Of a stretch of 52,465 nucleotides of DNA, positions 40,203 through 52,465 are shown one piece after another. The DNA is from Geosiphon pyriformis uo1 (lineage: Eukaryota > Fungi > Glomeromycota): assembly GCA_016748015.1 (NCBI GenBank), contig JAAOMT010000270.1, forward strand, positions 1 to 52,465. The letters are read 5' to 3'. Numbering within the stretch: position 1 is the stretch's first letter; every line of letters starts with the position of its first letter. The position numbers and the translations under genes were made by a program. The notes below the pieces were generated by a model. The model was not told the origin of the DNA and did not search any database. It worked only from the letters and a program-made list of their open reading frames with translations.

Positions 40203-41614
40203 CTACCAATCAATCATTATTCCAAAGTATGGTCCTGTATGTATAAAATCACATTTATTGACTGGCCAGCATTGCATTCCTTTAAAAATTAAAAGTTTAT
40301 AAAAAATAACAACAATAACAACAATGATAATATAATAATAATAATAATTATAATAATAATAAACAAAGACTACCTCATTTTCTCCAGACATACCCCCATC
40401 TAGAGATAAGTTTAGGGGAAATATTTTAAGCTGTTGACCCATACTCAAATCCTCTACACTCATAGAATAAATTTTTTTGAATATATACTTCTGGTTCGCA
40501 TTCACATGATGGCGAAATCCAATACTCTGTCTCTGAATTTTCCCAAAGATCATTATTATTAACCTCACGCAGTTAAAATAGGTGAGTCGTACAACATCTA
40601 ATAGTTTGTTAACCAGTCGAGCAAATCCACCAAAGGTAATAACCGGGTTTTGATTTCATTTGTATTAGAATATGAATGACTAGATAAATAAATTCTCCAA
40701 TAAAGTGCGGCGATTGTTGCATATACTATTAAATTTTTCTAGTAAAAATAAATGTTATTTGTTTGCATTCTATAATTTTTTATTAAAAACATACCACCAC
40801 CAATTGCATGTCCAGTAAATAGAATCTCCTTAATTTCTGTGCCCAAATCTATGTGAGCATAATATTCTGATACATCCAAGTCTATTACATCAATAAGTCT
40901 ATTGATTACAATGTCTTTAATTTCAAAAACGTCTTTTTACCAATCTTTGTTGACCTTAATTAAGTCATTGTGTTCAAAAATTCACGACTTTAAATGTTAT
41001 TAGCTTAGTTCTTCGAGTTGCCTATTCATATTTTGTCAACAAAAGTACTTTGATTAATGAAATTGAATATTTAAGATTTGAGTTTCTGATCGCATTAGAG
41101 ATTATGGATGATGAAAAATAAAAAATTTTATAATTTCTCGTCTCTAAAATTTACAATCACTATCGAGTGCCTACGATGCACATTAATTTTAAACCAAGTA
41201 TTCAAAGTTTTTCAAATTTAATAAGAATCAAAACCTTTTAAACCCTCACTAGAATTCAATTTCCAAGCCCTTATATCGTTTGAAACGTAGCCTGATGTAT
41301 AATATTTTGCTGTTAATAATCTATCCCAAAACATCTCGTTCATTTCAGGATCTATCAATCGTTTTCGTGGTTGATTTACTGCACGATTTTTATAATGTTT
41401 GATTCATATTTTGATTTAGAGTTGCCAGCTCTAAGCTTTTTAAAACCAGAAATTATAAATTGGTGCTTTTAAGGACTGGGGGGGGGGGGGTTGAATATGA
41501 TTAAATTTTCCGACATATTGAGAAACTTTGATATAATAAAATTGAAAGAAAAAATAAGACAATAGTCAGTAATAAATTATTATTATTATTATTATTATTA
41601 AATATTTTGGGCAT
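40203..41614 (-). pseudogene. Class-3 lipase-family pseudogene (secreted type)
   Basis: Signal-like start MPKIFNN..LLLTIVLFFLSILLYQSFS then stop; ILFTGHAIGG (40796-40813) followed by GTATGT donor; VYATIAAL; VITFG; ENE|intron|ECNAGQ; IHTGPYFG; multiple frameshifts. Confidence 0.8.
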
Positions 41615-42699
41615 TTTTTAAATACATGTCTCAAATCCACGTGCCTATAATCCCAAGAATAAAAGTTTACCTTCAAAACTTTGATGTTTTTATATAAAAC
41701 ATGAAATGTGTGATCTGTGAATGTTTTTTACTAGATATTTACATACAAAACAAAATTTAAAGGATGATACTTTTTATCATAAAAGAATATTTAAATGGTG
41801 ATACTATTTACTGCAAACAAGATTTAAAACATTTATGCATTTTCCTCACTTACAATATTTAGGTTGATAATATTTATTGCATGTGCATTTCTTAACTTTT
41901 TTTCAAGTAATCTTGTAGTAAATAGTGACTTATAAACCCCTAAAAATTGTTTTGCCAATCTTTCTCAACCAAAATCAAAGTTATGAGATTTTTGTTACCC
42001 TTATAATATATAATAAACGATTTGCTCGATTCTTCTATACTCTATATCAACTTCAAAATAATATAAAAAAAGTAATTAAATTAGATCTAAGCTGTATTTA
42101 CTTTTGAAATAAATAAAATTGCCGTTAGAAATGTGACCAAAAACAACAAAATCGTATTAAAATTGTGCATATGTGTTTAAATTAAAAGAATTTTAATAAG
42201 AACATCTTATGAAGCTGTAAAAATGGTTGTATTTAAACATAATAAAATTAATTAAATTAGATTGCAACTTGGCAAAAAGTAAAAATTAGATAGGCTAATT
42301 TGGAAAAAACCAAGTTGGTTACTAACTAGTGGTTATTTCTGATTAAAAAAAACCATGCAAATAACCAGGGCTGTAAATTACAAAAAAAATAAGACAATAA
42401 AAATCAATACTTACCAATTTCCCATAAAAAAGGACTACTGTTCTTAATTTATAAAAATATTTAAAATTAATTGGTAAGAAAACATGGGCTATTAATCAAA
42501 CTCAAGCGAGAGCTATAATTCCTGTAAAAGTGATACACTTTTTCTTAGTCTCTTATTAAAAATAATTTTCGATGGTGCATTTAGCAATCACCAATCAAAG
42601 TATGACAAGCATGTAAATAAGCGAATAAAGTAAGCGTCTATTCTCAGAACTTTCTACCATTTCAGGTTTCTTCAAGTCCTAGCTTTTTCGGGAATGTGG

Positions 42700-43310
42700 A
42701 ATCCTTATTTATTAGCAAGACAAACATCCTTCTTTACTCATACAAAATATTCTTCAACTTTATCAATAGAAAACGCAGATTCACCTCTGGACTGGCTTGA
42801 AGTAACATTGATTGTCATAAAAGAAAATTTGGCCATATTCTCAGCTAGTGAATATTCAAAGTTGCTAATTTGGTGAAAATATATCTTGGACACAATCAGA
42901 AAACACCTAAAGACTTATTCAATTGCTTGAATGATCAAAGTTCAAAGCATTTGATAGATAGTTGGCTTTTCTTTAGAACATGGGATTGAAACTATTCCTA
43001 ATTTAACAAAAACCGTTTTAGAATTTCAGTAAGCAGCGAATACAGAAGATGCTTTTGGACAATACTTCTTAAGACGTTGTTATTATAATAGAATCAGTAC
43101 TTCACAAAGATTGAGGAAAAGCATTTAAATTCTATTTAAAAACAGCAGAAGCAGGAGATACGAATGCACAATTGAATCTTGGTCTTTGTTATCAGAATGG
43201 ATGGGAAACAACAAAAATATGGCAAAAGCATTGAAACTTTATTTAAAAGCAGCAAAGGCAGGAAATAAAATTGCTCAATACAATCTTAAACTTTGTTTTC
43301 ATAGTGAATC
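42700..43310 (+). pseudogene. Sel1-repeat (SLR) protein remnant
   Basis: GFSLEHGIET, AFGQYFL, KAFKFYLKTAEAGDTNAQLNLGLCYQNGW, KALKLYLKAAKAGNKIAQYNL; stops and frameshifts; ends abruptly in AT-rich DNA. 5' boundary approximate. Confidence 0.8.
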
Positions 43311-46300
43311 GTATTAAGATTCTTTTATTTGTTATAATTTTTTTCCTTTCAATTACATTATTAACTATTAATAAATTAATTTTTCAGCTAATTGTTCTTT
43401 TAATTACATCATTATTTTATGACTTAATTATTCTTTTAATCTCTCTTAGTTTAAATTTTTATTTATTTTCTTTTTTTAATCATTACTATATTTTATATTA
43501 TCGGTTGCAATATAGATTATTTTCAGTATTATAAGTTTAATTCTGTCTTATGTTAAATTTTATCACATTATGCTAATTTTTCAACTGCTATTTTCAAATT
43601 TGTTGTTTTTAAATTCAAAAATTATACAATTATTAAAATAATTCAAAAATATAAAAGAATTTGGGCTTTATTTTTATTTGAAATTTATGCGAATTTAATG
43701 TGGGCTAAAACAAGTTAAAAAATAAATTATTAATTTTATGTTTTTTAAAACTTTTGAGATTCCTGATAAAGTTTAATTAAATTAAACAATCAAACTGACA
43801 AATTAATTTAAAATTTATAACTATTTAGATTTTATAGATTACTAAATTGAAAAAGAGTACATAAACAATTATAGCTATTGTAATTAGTTTATTTTATAAC
43901 ACTTTTTGAGAAATAATATTTATTTGGAATAAAATACTAGAATTGTAACAAATTATATTAAATAATTGAATAACTAAGAATTCACTTTTTGTTCTACTTA
44001 ATAATAAAAATAATAACTATCCTCATATAGTTTTTTATTTCCATGAGAAGGCTTATACATTGACAGATTAATTGATTTAAATAGCATGAAATATTATAGT
44101 AAAATGAAAGTGCCAAAAAATATTTATTTGAAAAGAAAGAAAGTTATAATAATTGTCAAAAAATAATCATTGCAGAATAGTAATAAACTTTTTAATGAGA
44201 TATGTATAATCTTATGTTACATAAAAATATTCAAAATTCTACTCATTGATTTGATACATTAGAGATTGCATAGGCTATAGTTATGGATTTTATAGAATTT
44301 ATTATGTTAATATGGCTTATTGCTCTGTATTCAAGTGTTAAAGCATTTTGTGTAATTTCACATATTGGTGATATACAATAATTATTATTATTTTATTTTA
44401 GTTTTCCCATACTAAGCAGAAAAGTTTATTAATAACCACTGAATTTTTTGTTTTGTTTGTTTTGGGTTTTTCTTTAAACTAACTTCGAATGCTTTACTCG
44501 TCATCTTTGCATCATTAATTATTTAATCAAGTTTGGTTATTGATCAAATTTAAATCGCATTTACAATTGGCAGATATCTGATAAATTTTTCAAAGAGCGA
44601 AAACAAAAATAATATATTAATGACACTTTTAAATATTATAAATATAATTTTTATTGAATTTAAATACTTACAAGTTAAAATTTTGATATCAAAAAAGTTT
44701 TTATTTTTCTTATAAAATTAAGTATCTTTTACTGACATAACATTATTATCTCTCTTAAAATGAATGTAAAGAGCACCAATAACCATTAATTATCATAAAT
44801 ATTTAAAATTTAACTGTATAATTTTATATCTTTTATTCAAAGCTATTTAATCTTAATACTTTGGCTTCAATTATTAGTAATGGAAACCGAAAAATTTAAC
44901 TAAAAAAGATAATGAAAGAAAATTAAAGATTTAAAATATCAAATATTTTTCAACAGAAATCTAGCTTTTATTTTCAATATTATATTACTTGAAACTTTTG
45001 CTTATGCAAAATATTATTAAAATTATAAATCTGAATTGTTCATCAGTGTAATCAATTGTTGCAATTCAAGACTGAATTTTATATTTTGCACATTTAATTT
45101 CATTCAAAATCTTTTGGTGGAGATTTCATATTTCATAAATCCATCTGATATTATTAATATAATAGGACCATTCGGTTTTATGAATTATTATTGAAATGTT
45201 CAATTTATTAGATTGTAATTTTATAGTTTAAATGTAATTATTTAAATATTATCCAATGTGAAAAATTATTTTAAAGACTCAAATAAATTTTCTGAGAATA
45301 TGAGAGAAATATTAGCAATCTAAATAAAACTATATTTTTTAAAAATAATAATAATTGTTTATTATGAAGAGGATTATGCTCTCTTTGAATTGAGTTCGCT
45401 AAAGACTATGTTAAAAAAATCATCATTATTCTCTGTTGACTATTTAGGGTTTATATTTGATATAAGAAGGTAATATAACAATTAGTTAATAAAAGGCAAA
45501 ATTACTGGACTTCTAAGAAGAGCTAGCAATAAAATAATTTTTGCTTCCAAATCTATTACAACCAGTGCATATAATAACTTTAGAATTTACTCAGGATTTA
45601 ATTATTTAGTATGGCATGTTTTATTTAAGATTTATTTTTATTCTAACTATTGCTAACAGAACAATTATTTGGTCATTAAATTTAGATAGCTACTAACTAG
45701 TCAAATTTCTAAAGTGTAACTTGATTATGGTACATCAGATTAATTTAAGTTAGATCATAAAAAGAATAATGGAAAAAATCTTTAAATTTTCATTATATCA
45801 GTGTCATGAGAATTCCGCTTTTATATATCTAAGATAACTTTCAAACCAGATTCCAAGTTTTGCAGCTCACAGTCCCGACAGTTATAGCTGGTTTATGTGC
45901 TCATCTCAAGTGTTTGTTTAAAAAAAAAGTATTAAATTTTTCGAGCCGTGAATATGAGGTTTGGATGGGTGTTTTTCCAGCAACAATCATCGATATAATT
46001 TCCTTTTTTTAAAAAAATGAATTTTGGGTTTTGATCTATACTATTATCCTTTTTTCGATCACAAGTGTTTTTTAAAAGAAACCTGAGATTCTTTAGTTGT
46101 TATCTTATACAATTAATTCCTATTTGAGAGTTTATTGTTTACCAAGTGAACAAAATAAGTTTTATTGAAATTTGGAAATTATCCCAAGATTGTTATTGTG
46201 AATTTTCCGAACTTTGTTTTATAATGATATTATTTTAGATGTTGACTAAATTAGAATGTAAGTTAGCAACATTCGGAATAAAAAAAATTGTATCCAATAA

Positions 46301-49179
46301 ATATCCAATTACCGGATCTGCAAATCAGTAATTCAAAAGTGAAGGGAATCTTAAAAAATAACTTTAAAAAAGTTTACAACCCTTCATAAATTAGTATTAC
46401 AATTTTATGGTTAAATATTATATGTTATCTTTCAATATAGAAATCATCTTCTGGTACTACCTATCAATATCCTACCTCATTTCATTTAATAATTGGGTAA
46501 GAAACTATATTTTCTAGTGAAAATAATATTTAAATCACAGGATGAAGGAAAATCCGCTACCAAATTTATCAAATAACTATTTCATCATAAACTAATGTCT
46601 TGAATGTTTTCTCGTCTCGACCTAGCAAGATAAATCTGAACAGATCACTATTTTGAATGTGAGGAATTTAAATTTTTTTTTGCAATTTTATATATATACT
46701 TTTGTTGATTGGGTTTCCTAATTTTAATCTGAAATTTCGAAGGAGCTTAAAGTATCGAATAAGTTCATAATAGATCCTTTGAACATTTCGATTTCGAATT
46801 AATGCCATTTCCATGAAATTTCTCTCTAATTTTTTTTTCTTTTTTCAATTTTACTTTATCGACAAAAATTTTATTCTCAAAGGAACAGCAATGTAATCCA
46901 AAATATTTGGCCTTGGGGTACAAATTTTTTTATAATTTTGTTTAAAAATCTTACTTTTGACAAAAGAATCACAGAATTTGAATATGAGAACTAAGGTAAT
47001 TGATCTCGCGAGTTATTCTGTTAATTGAATTATAAAACTCGTATTTCTCTACCCAATAATTGAGATAAAATATTTTTTCGATTACTTGAAGAATAACTTG
47101 TTTGCTTTATTTGTAAAATAAATGGGGCATTAAAAAGTTGCAATTATTAAAATTAGATATAAAGATAAAAGCTTGGAATATTAGTTTTATATGTTGTCAT
47201 ATTATTTCTTCTGAGATATTGATTTTACAATATCAATTTTTTTACACAATATTGATTCTGTACAATTGACAACATTTTTTTTGTTTAAATCAAAGAAGAA
47301 GCAAAATACATTTGATTAAAAGCTAAAGTTTAAATTATGTTTATTTATCACAACAAATAAGATTGAGCTATTCTTAAAGTTGGAAATAATAATTTTTAAA
47401 TTTGGTAAAACCTCTTGAAGTTCTCTCAATCCACAAAAATGTATTGAATACAAAAGCTTTTTCAATCCGTTATGTTTTAATCATAAATAAAATTTATTGT
47501 AAAAAAAAACTTATGTATTGAACTTAATAAAAAGATTAAAAGGTTATTTGGGAAAAATGAAAAGAAAAATTATGCTTAAAAATTTATCTGCGGATAATGA
47601 GGGTTTTTGCTTAAAAAGTTTAATTTAATTTCTAAAAACATATTTTTAATCAAGAGGAAATGTAAGTTAAAAACTAATCATAGGGCTATCGGAATTTGAA
47701 AATGTAAAATTTATATGATATAAATCAAGGATAATAAAATTTTTGATATCGTATTACTATAATTTTCCAAAAGATAGTTAAACTAGCAATATTTTACCCT
47801 AATAAAAAAGATTTTTAAGTAATATGAAAATACTCGTTCCAATAATGCAAAATATATTTTTAGCTGAGCAATTCACAACTTTTTCTAATTTGATTTAATA
47901 TACAAATTTTCACACATCATTTTAATACATATCGTGAGTTAAAGTCTGAACACTATTATAGTCAGAGAGCCTGGAATTTTTTAAATAAACTGTCCAAACA
48001 CAGCCAACAGTTTTTGTGTATAATTTTTCTTATATACAATTTTCACTCCTTAATTTCAATTATCTATACTCGTGGTTATGAACTTGATCATATTCAATTG
48101 TTTAATTGTTTTACTTGAGTAAAATAGGCTCTGGTGAATATCGAACGAATTATTCGCCTATGCAAGTATACGGATAACCTTATTTAAAACAAATTCAAAC
48201 CTAGTGTCTCTACTCCAAAGCAGTCTCAAGAAAAATGGCTTTGCGTAAAGAAATCCATCTTATTTTTTGAGGTTTCAAAGGTGAAGAATTTCACTCTTAG
48301 AAAATTTATGTAAAATACTATACTGAATATATTACTGTTTAAAAGTCGCCTTTGAGGCCTATAGTCTGTTGCATATAACTTTTGTGCTTACACTAAAATT
48401 TTTGTTGAAATTGTTATTGCATTTTTATAATTTTGGAATTTTGGAAAAATAATTGTTGAAAATTTTGACATATATTTCAGTAATTATTTTTTTTAAAAAA
48501 TAAAACAACTATGTTTTATCTCTTTAAACAGCTGCTTTATGCAAAGATTTTAATGGGATTTTTTAGAATTAAAAAATTTAACAAATTTTTCTTATGCGAG
48601 TAGTTTCATCTTGTTTCTAAAAAACTGAAAATTCATTTCTTTACTTAACCAAATATTATTTGAAACATCCTTTTTTCAAAATGCTAATGCTGATTGTATT
48701 GGCGAATTTACTACAGTGTTGTTGCTAAAATCTAAAAAATTTATCACTTGAATGTCAAAATTACCTGATACTTCAATTTGTTTTGTTGTTAGCAAATCTT
48801 TTGCAGAGTTTCTTATTTCTGAAGATTTTTAAGGTTTATAAGCTTTTTTTTGAAAGTTTTGTAAAAAGACTATTTTAAAACTACTCCAATGTATTAAAAA
48901 TAAATTTTCGAAGTTTTGATATTAGATTATTTCTAAATAAAGCATTTTTAATATTACAAACAAAATAATTTAATTTCTAAAAAACAATTATAAAAAAATT
49001 AATTTGGATTTAAAAATAAAGACAGTATATTAATTCAACAGAGCTAATGGCTAATTGATTTTGAGACTATTAATTTTAATTAAAGAGAAATTAATTGTAA
49101 AAAAATTTTAGTTTTTGTTAATTATAATATCACAGTTGAAAATCTAGTTATAGATTTGACTATTTGTTTTTTTATTAAC

Positions 49180-50460
49180 CATATGAGCAAAACCCTCGAA
49201 ATTGTAGAAAAAAAATCAAATATCACCAATAATTATAATTTATATATTTTTTTATCTTTAGATTAAACCCAACTATAAAGTTAAATTCAAGTAGAATTAT
49301 TAGAAAAGTGTCGTTCAACACTCGAGTAAATTTATCACATGAAAGTGATTATGATTATGATTATGATGGCTATTGGAACCGATCGAAATCATTTGAAAAA
49401 CATCATAAAAGCAACACATCATCTAAAAAATGTTTACTCTGATCGGATAATCTGTTTATGGGAAAATTGAAAAAAATCACTCTTTTCGCTAATGAAGCAT
49501 CTTGTTTAAATCTGGTCAACGATCAAGACGTTATAAAAATTGACTGTTGAATTTATGATATTAGCATCTTACATTATATACTATATGATTAATTCCCCAA
49601 AATTTCTTTTTTCTAAAATTCAAATCTCAATCGTCTATCTTAGCGAAAATAACAAATATACGTAAAAACCAAATTTTCTTGGTCCAGATTCGTGACAAAG
49701 AGTTAGATTTAGAAGTTACCTCAGAAAAATGACTCCAAACGCGATACAAAAGTATAAATGATCTGATGATCGATAAAAATTTTTCCCTTAAATTTCAACT
49801 TGGGTGGACAGAGTTAAGGCGTCAAATTGACCATAGATGAAAAGGAATTCCGCCAGCACATAATTTGAGTTTTGTTGGACATGGCCTTGGTGGTGGTACA
49901 TAAATATTTATATTTTGATCGAATCTCTTGACAAGACCCATCTAATTGACATTAATTTTTAGTGTTTACTGTACTTGGAGCTTTCGAACTCTTGACAATA
50001 AAAGCGGCTGAATTATCTCAGATTAAAGTTTACACATATGGTGAACCTCGATTCGGAAACTACCAATTCGCTCATAAGCTAAATTCCTCTAAGAATCTAA
50101 AAATATATTATAATAATTTTATACCCAAGTATCCAAAGAGTTATCAGAAAGCATAATATTTACACCATGGACAGGAGCTTGGATATCGTCAAAAGATTGT
50201 GGCTGTGCTACTACCGATAATAATAATGGGGATGATTTCAACATTTATTTATGCTCAGGCCCCAAATCCACGAGAGGGATAAAGTTGAAAAGCCAAATAA
50301 GTTGTTATAGAATTAAAATTTAGTTTTTAATCTGAACAATTCTTTAACAATTATTAACCATTTTTTATATATTTAGAAATGCATCGAATGAAGAAGCTTT
50401 CGCATCACAATGTCCTCTTATGGTAACAATCAATAATTCTTAAATGGCCATTTTTTTTAC
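49180..50460 (+). pseudogene. Class-3 lipase-family pseudogene
   Basis: LSFVGHGLGG (49877-49894), intron 49896-49962, VFTVLGA...KVYTYGEPRFGN, YLHHGQE, DCGC, IYLCSG; stops/frameshifts; outer boundaries approximate. Confidence 0.8.
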
Positions 50461-51308
50461 TATTAAAAATAATGACACTAAAATTAAATTTAATCCCGAT
50501 AATTAAATTTTTCTAGAAAATATTTATTTAGATATATTGTCTATTTAACTAAATCTAAGGCTTCACTATTTTTAAATAAAAAGGTTTAAAACTTGAAGTA
50601 ATTAAAATTTTATTTTGGCCTTGCTTACATTGAAAAATTATTTCAGCGTGGATTTAATTGAGGCAAATTAAAATAAAATTATCAAATCCCAATAAAATTT
50701 GTTTTTCAATTTAAAATTCTAGTTTTAATTAAAAATAAATACTCACATTTTCTCATTTAAAGCTTATGGACATAAAAATATTTCCAAATTAATACTGACC
50801 ATAAAATATTTTATTCATGCTGATCAAATTAATATATTTCGATAGCAAGGGCAGAGAGTTTTCGTTTTACACGGTGAAAAAGTATATTAAGCATGTTCAA
50901 TATTACCTATTTTAATATTTAAATCCGTACTTGTGTAAAAAAGATCTCAAGAATATTTGATCAGCGGTTTAAAAATAAGTTATTATTGCTTGGACTTATG
51001 CTAATATTAGCAATTCTTAAAGTTATTACCGAACTATTATCATTTAAAAATACTTATATTAATTACAATTATTTATTATACATTAGGTTTTTTAAATATT
51101 TTATATCGATCATTTCAAATTTCTGAATTAGATTTCAATAGGCTTAAACAATAAACAGTAAATAACAAGAGATTATCAGAATTGGCAACGGGTGAACAAT
51201 TTTGCCATTGTAAAAACCCTTCCCTGATAACTTTGTTATATACTGATATAAGTTTTATACCTATATAGACTAGATGGATATAGAAAAGATAATTGACAAA
51301 AATGACCA

Positions 51309-51422
51309 CCCCCTCCCGCTCTTCACTCCTGTAAGAAATCTTAAACTACAACTACTCCCTCCCGCTTTTCACTCTTGTAAGAATTCTTAAACTACCCCCC
51401 TCCCACTCTTTATTCTTGGAAG
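51309..51422. repeat. Short tandem array (~3 copies of CCCTCCCGCTCTTCACTCCTGTAAGAAATCTTAAACTAC-like unit)
   Basis: Three diverging copies starting CCCTCCC. Confidence 0.8.
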
Positions 51423-51524
51423 GCATAAATAACAGACTAACATTATCAATTCCTCACCACGTAACCCTAAAATTTAATTCAGTTATTTGATGATCGATTG
51501 TTCATGATTTTCTATTCCGTATTC

Positions 51525-51895
51525 ATTGGCTATTTGAACGTTGAATTGCGAATTACTAGTGGGTGATGGTTATTTGAATGTTGAAATCGCGCATTTTTGG
51601 TGGCCAGTGGTTATTCGAATGTTGAGTTGCGAATTATTGGTAGGTGGTTATATTTGAATGTTGAAGTCGTGCATTTTTGATGGCCGGTGGTTATTCGAAT
51701 GTTGAGTTGCGAATTATTGATGGCTGGTGGTCATTCGAATGTTGAGTTGCGAATTATTGATGGCCGGTGGTTATTCGAATGTTGAGTTGCGAAATATTGA
51801 TGGCCGGTGGCTATTCGAATGTTGAGTTGCGAATTATTGTTGGCCGGTGGCTATTCGAATATTTAGTTGTGAATTATTGGTGGGTGGTGGTTATC
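51525..51895. repeat. 40-bp tandem repeat array (~9 units)
   Basis: Unit TGGCCGGTGGTTATTCGAATGTTGAGTTGCGAATTATTGA; anchor recurs at 51601, 51681, 51721, 51761, 51801, 51841, 51881. Confidence 0.95.
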
Positions 51896-51908
51896 CGTCA
51901 ATTGTTGG

Positions 51909-52033
51909 TGTCAAACTAGAGTCAAGATCAATAGAGTCTTCTTTTCCCGCCGATTTTGCCAAGCCCGTTCCCTTGGCTGTGGTTTCACTAGATAGTAGAT
52001 AGGAAGAGTTTAACCCATGATGCACATCAATAA
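51909..52033 (-). pseudogene. 28S (LSU) rRNA fragment (domain IV/V boundary), degenerate
   Basis: TGTCAAACTAGAGTCAAGATCAATAGAGTCTTCTTTTCCCGCCGATTTTGCCAAGCCCGTTCCCTTGGCTGTGGTTTCACTAGATAGTAGATAGG closely matches recalled reverse-complement fungal LSU (about 9 mismatches per 100 nt), followed by degenerate TTAACCCATGATGCACATCAATAA (~TTAATCCATTCATGCGCGTCACTAA). Confidence 0.92.
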
Positions 52034-52465
52034 CCGTAAGTGGAAGCAGACATTCGGCAGAACGGGTGCACGCACAGAGGTATAACAATTCATGTCATTG
52101 ACCGTAAGTGGAAGCAGACATTCGGAAGAACGAGTGCACGCACAGAGGTATAACAATTCATGTCATTGACCGTAAGTGGAAGCAGACATTCGGAAGAACG
52201 AGTGCACGCACAGAGGTATAACAATTCATGTCATTGACCGTAAGTGGAAGCAGACATTCGGAAGAACGAGTGCACGCACAGAGGTATAACAATTAATGTC
52301 ATTGACCGTAAGTGGAAGCAGACATTCGGAAGAATGGGTGCACGCACAGAGGTATAACAATTCATGTCATTGACCGTAAGTGGAAGCAGACATTCGGAAG
52401 AATGGGTGCACGCACAGAGGTATAACAATTCATGTCATTGACCGTAAGTGGAAGCAGACATTCGG
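52034..52465. repeat. 68-bp tandem repeat array (right end, ~6.3 units, truncated by window end)
   Basis: Same unit and orientation as 1-557; begins CCGTAAGTGG at 52034. Confidence 0.98.

Noticed and set aside
4334-51309. Remaining 60-90 aa F/I/L/K/N-rich ORFs
   Set aside because: Expected by chance in very AT-rich DNA; no motifs or splice support.
51909-52033. Functional rRNA gene
   Set aside because: Only short fragments, with substitutions and deletions in conserved positions; no 18S, 5.8S or remaining 28S.

Overview
AT-rich eukaryotic genomic DNA with GT-AG introns. The gene families (class-3 lipases, BTB-BACK-TLDc, Sel1 repeats, TKL-type kinase) are typical of Glomeromycotina fungi; a Geosiphon-like origin is plausible but is inference. 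Three spliced genes look intact: a secreted class-3 lipase homologue (10883-12531), a 7-TM protein (14923-15884, minus) and a small Cys-rich secreted protein (21696-22280). There are many broken genes: two more lipases, a BTB-TLDc, Sel1, a kinase and a nuclease-like gene. A ~10 kb GC-depleted transposon graveyard holds a transition-riddled IS630/Tc1-type transposase. The most unusual structure is at the two ends. Both carry the same 68-bp tandem array in the same orientation, and it sits inside a condensed relic of 28S (LSU) rRNA domain IV. Read across the ends, the rRNA-like sequence stops at ...TCAATAA (canonical TCACTAA), the array follows, and it resumes at TTAGA..., implying a clean insertion near helix 71. 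Two further minisatellites flank it. Also, none of the three lipase homologues has Ser at the nucleophile elbow (GFDSGG, GHAIGG, GHGLGG). All homology calls are from recalled motifs, not searches.
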